In this document: positions 60,036 to 64,000 of the stretch, piece by piece | How positions within the stretch are numbered: position 1 is the first letter of the stretch | How the letters are laid out: every line of letters starts with the position of its first letter | Source: Octopus sinensis | Lineage: Eukaryota | Assembly (NCBI RefSeq): GCF_006345805.1 | Contig: NW_021832845.1 | Coordinates: forward strand, 7,377-71,376 | Direction: 5' to 3' | DNA: 64,000 bases | Program-made: the position numbers and the translations under genes | Notes under the pieces: model-generated | What the model was told of the DNA's origin: nothing | Database searches by the model: none | The model's input: the letters and a program-made list of their open reading frames with translations, nothing else

Positions 60036-60882
60036 TATATATATATACTAGCAGTATCGCCCGGCGTTGCTCGTGTTTGTAAGGGAAATAATTATATAAG
60101 CATTTTTAGAGATGTAAAGTATAATTGCCATCTCAATATGGCTAACCACAAAGGGGGAGGGGTGTTACTGTAGCTTTTACGTTCTGAGATTTAATAATAA
60201 ATTTTAGAGAGTTACTTCCCTTATATATGTCAAAAATGGATTAAAAATGGGAAAAATTGATGGTAAATTTTTTTTTAAATCGTAGACTCATCGTAGACGC
60301 GCGCTAATACCCAGACGGTCTCGATATGAATCACGACTATAAGATACCCGCTTTTAGTTAAACTGCACCGCAAAATGTGGGAGTAGTTAGGAATCTAAAT
60401 CGTAGGAGACAGACACACAACCTCACTTTTATATATAAAGATTTCCTCTATTTACTTAATATTGAGGTCTCTTTCTTTCTTTTGTTATCTTACTGTTTTT
60501 ACCAATATACATATATATATATATATATAAATATATATATAGTTACAGAGATGTACTTGCATAGCAAGTGACTTGATCTGAGATCGTGTGCTGGAACGAA
60601 AACAGTTGCAGCGTTGAAGGTGTTTATAAGCCATTTAAGAAACACACAAAAAGCGTTAGATTCACTTCAACATTTAAATTTAATTTGTCAAAATATTTTC
60701 GTCACTTTGAGACCGCGACCTGTTAGCACGATATTTTTGTCAGTGAACAGGTCGCGGTCTGAAAGCGACGAAAATATTTTGGCAAATTAAATTTAAATGT
60801 TGAAGTGAATGTAACGGTTTTTGTGTGTTTCTTAAATGGCTTACAAACACCTTCCACGCTGCAATATATATATACACACATA

Positions 60883-60913
<31 letters not shown>

Positions 60914-61651
60914 GTGTGTATGTGTATGCATGTATGTGTGTGTGTGCGTGTCTGTGCTTGTGATTGTCCTCCACCACTGCTTGACAACGAATGTTGTTTT
61001 GTTTACACCCCTGTCACCTAGTGGTTTGACAAAGGAAACATAGAATTAGCACAATGCTTACAAAAATAAAACTGGAGTTGATTCATTAAACTACAATTCT
61101 TCAAGGCATTGCCCCAGCATGGCCACAGACCAATGGCTGGAAAAAGCAGAAGAATAAAAGAATACATTCTCTGCTTTGGTCTTATGTTCACCCTCACACA
61201 CACACACACATGCGCACACACACACACACACACACACTCACACCCACACACGTTAGCTTACAATTTTATTTATATATTTGCGTGTCTGTGTGGAAAGAGG
61301 AAGTGGGAGGCAGAGTGAAAGAATCACTCACTAAAGTAAGTGAATTACTTTCGTTTTATTCGTTGCCCACTGTGTGTGTGCGTTTGCGTGTGGTGTAAAC
61401 CAGACTAAGAAAAGCATTTGACACACACACCAGAATGTGAGTTTTCTGTAAATTTTGCTTAACTGGAGTTTAAATTTTAAAAACTGGACCTGGCATGACG
61501 CGATGCATTGTACTCTTAAAACTGCTAGGTAAATTGTAATTGAAGAAATCCTATATTGTAGATTTGTATAACTCCCAAAGGGAGGCAGATAAAATCTGCC
61601 TTTTATAATAAGAGATATATGTATATATATATATATATGTATATATATATG

Positions 61652-61702
<51 letters not shown>

Positions 61703-62619
61703 GTATGTATATATATGTATATATATACATGTATATATATACATGTATATATATACATGTATATATATATATATATTATATATATATACTAGCAGTATCG
61801 CCCGGCGTTGCTCGGGTTTGTAAGGGAAATAATTATATAAGCATTTTTTGAGATGTAAAGTATAATAGCCATCTCAATATGGCTAACAAAGAAGGGGGAG
61901 GGGTGTTACTGTAGCTTTTTACGTTCTGAGATTTAATAATAAATTTTAGAGAGTTACTTCCCTTATATATGTCAAAAATGGATTAAAAATGGGAAAAATT
62001 GATGGTAAATTTTTTTTTAAATCGTAGACTCGTAGACGCGCGCTAATACCCAGACGGTCTCGATATGAATCACGACTATAATATACCCGCTTTTAGTTAA
62101 ACTGCACCGCAAAATGTGGGAGTAGTTAGGAATCTAAATCGTAGGAGACAGACACACAACCTCACTTTTATATATAAAGATTTCCTCTATTTACTTAATA
62201 TTGAGGTCTCTTTCTTTCTTTTGTTATCTTACTGTTTTTACCAATATACATATATATATATATATAAATATATATATAGTTACAGAGATGTACTTGCATA
62301 GCAAGTGACTTGATCTGAGATCGTGTGCTGGAACGAAAACAGTTGCAGCGTTGAAGGTGTTTATAAGCCATTTAAGAAACACACAAAAAGCGTTAGATTC
62401 ACTTCAACATTTAAATTTAATTTGTCAAAATATTTTCGTCACTTTGAGACCGCGACCTGTTAGCACGATAATTTTGTCAGTGAACAGGTCGCGGTCTGAA
62501 AGCGACGAAAATATTTTGGCAAATTAAATTTAAATGTTGAAGTGAATGTAACGGTTTTTGTGTGTTTCTTAAATGGCTTACAAACACCTTCCACGCTGCA
62601 ATATATATATACACACATA

Positions 62620-62655
<36 letters not shown>

Positions 62656-63396
62656 TGTGTGTATATGTGTATGCATGTATGTGTGTGTGTGCGTGTCTGT
62701 GCTTGTGATTGTCCTCCACCACTGCTTGACAACGAATGTTGGTTTGTTTACACCCCTGTCACCTAGTGGTTTGACAAAGGAAACAGATAGAATAAGCACA
62801 ATGCTTACAAAAATAAAACTGGAGTTGATTCATTAAACTACAATTCTTCAAGGCATTGCCCCAGCATGGCCACAGACCAATGGCTGGAAAAAGCAGAAGA
62901 ATAAAAGAATACATTCTCTGCTTTGGTCTTATGTTCACCCTCACACACACACACACACGCGCACACACACACACACACACACTCACACACACGCACGCAC
63001 GTTAGCTTACAATTTTATTTATATATTTGCTTGTCTATGTGTTGAAAGAGGAAGTGGGAGGCAGAGTGAAAGAATGACTCACTACAGTAAGTGAATTACT
63101 TTCGTTTTATTCGTTGCCCACTGTGTGTGTGCGTTTGCGTGTGCTGTAAACCAGACTAAGAAAAGCATTTGACACACACACCAGAATGTGAGATTTCTGT
63201 AAATTTTGCTTAATTGGAGTTTAAATTTTAAAAACTGGACCTGGCATGACGCGATGCATTGTACTCTTAAAAATGCAAGGTAAATTGTAATTGAAGAAAT
63301 CCTATATTGTAGATTTGTATAACTCCCAAAGGGAGGCAGATAAAATCTACCTTTTATAATGAGAGATATATGTATATATATATATATATATGTATA

Positions 63397-63457
<61 letters not shown>

Positions 63458-63515
63458 GTATATATATATATGTATATATATCTTTATATATACATGTATA
63501 TATATACATGTATAT

Positions 63516-63575
<60 letters not shown>

Positions 63576-63702
63576 TAGCAGTATCGCCCGGCGTTGCTCG
63601 GGTTTGTAAGGGAAATAATTATATAAGCATTTTTGGAGATGTAAAGTATAATAGCCCAAAGGGAGGCAGATAAAATCTGCCTTTTATAATAAGAGATATA
63701 TG

Positions 63703-63733
<31 letters not shown>

Positions 63734-64000
63734 GTATATATATATATATGTATATAATATATATATATGTTATATATATATATGTATATATATATATGTA
63801 TATATATACATGTATATATACATGTATATATATATATATATATACTAGCAGTATCGCCCGGCGTTGCTCGGGTTTGTAAGGGAAATAATTATATAAGCAT
63901 TTTTAGAGCTGTAAAGTATAATAGCCATCTCAATATGGCTAACCACAAAGGGGGAGGGGTGTTACTGTAGCTTTTTACGTTCTGAGTTTTAATAATAAAT

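Larger units (their letters stand above)
54772..64000 (-). repeat. Tandem array of an about 1.75-kb composite Helitron unit: five full units, one deleted mini-unit and one partial unit, separated by TA-rich microsatellites
   Basis: Plus-strand actagcagtatcgcccggcgttgctcg at 54771, 56532, 58293, 60047, 61788, 63574 and 63844; periods 1737-1786. Confidence 0.95.

Noticed and set aside
51966-64000. Dozens of YI/CV/HT-rich ORFs
   Set aside because: Translations of (TA)n, (TG)n and (CA)n microsatellites.

Overview
Repeat-dense eukaryotic nuclear DNA, most likely an octopus or other coleoid cephalopod. This is inferred from the SINE and RTE families, the dense (TA)n/(CA)n tracts and the mitochondrial gene order of an embedded NUMT. 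Host genes are sparse: the first two coding exons of an AATF/Bfr2-like gene (+, 9652-9730 and 13129-13302), and a candidate antisense three-exon gene for a small membrane protein (-, 22462 to 16488). The rest is mobile-element-derived: a decayed Ty3/Gypsy element with its 3' LTR, three RTE LINE copies plus 3'UTR-only copies, CR1-like and CRE-like fragments, a full-length defective mariner, hAT/pogo/piggyBac-type remnants, Helitrons and many tRNA-SINEs. There are four large tandem arrays with units of 169 bp, 85 bp, 67 bp and about 1.75 kb. A colinear nad5-trnH-nad4-nad4L-trnT-trnS2-cob NUMT spans about 37.7-49.4 kb and is broken up by more than ten insertions. The most unusual signal is a set of minimal (Penelope-type) hammerhead-ribozyme folds. 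One variant, with the core 3-8 pair swapped from C-G to G-C, recurs once per unit of a composite-Helitron tandem array at 54.8-63.6 kb. All calls were made by eye, with no database searches or folding software. Coordinates of degraded repeats are approximate.
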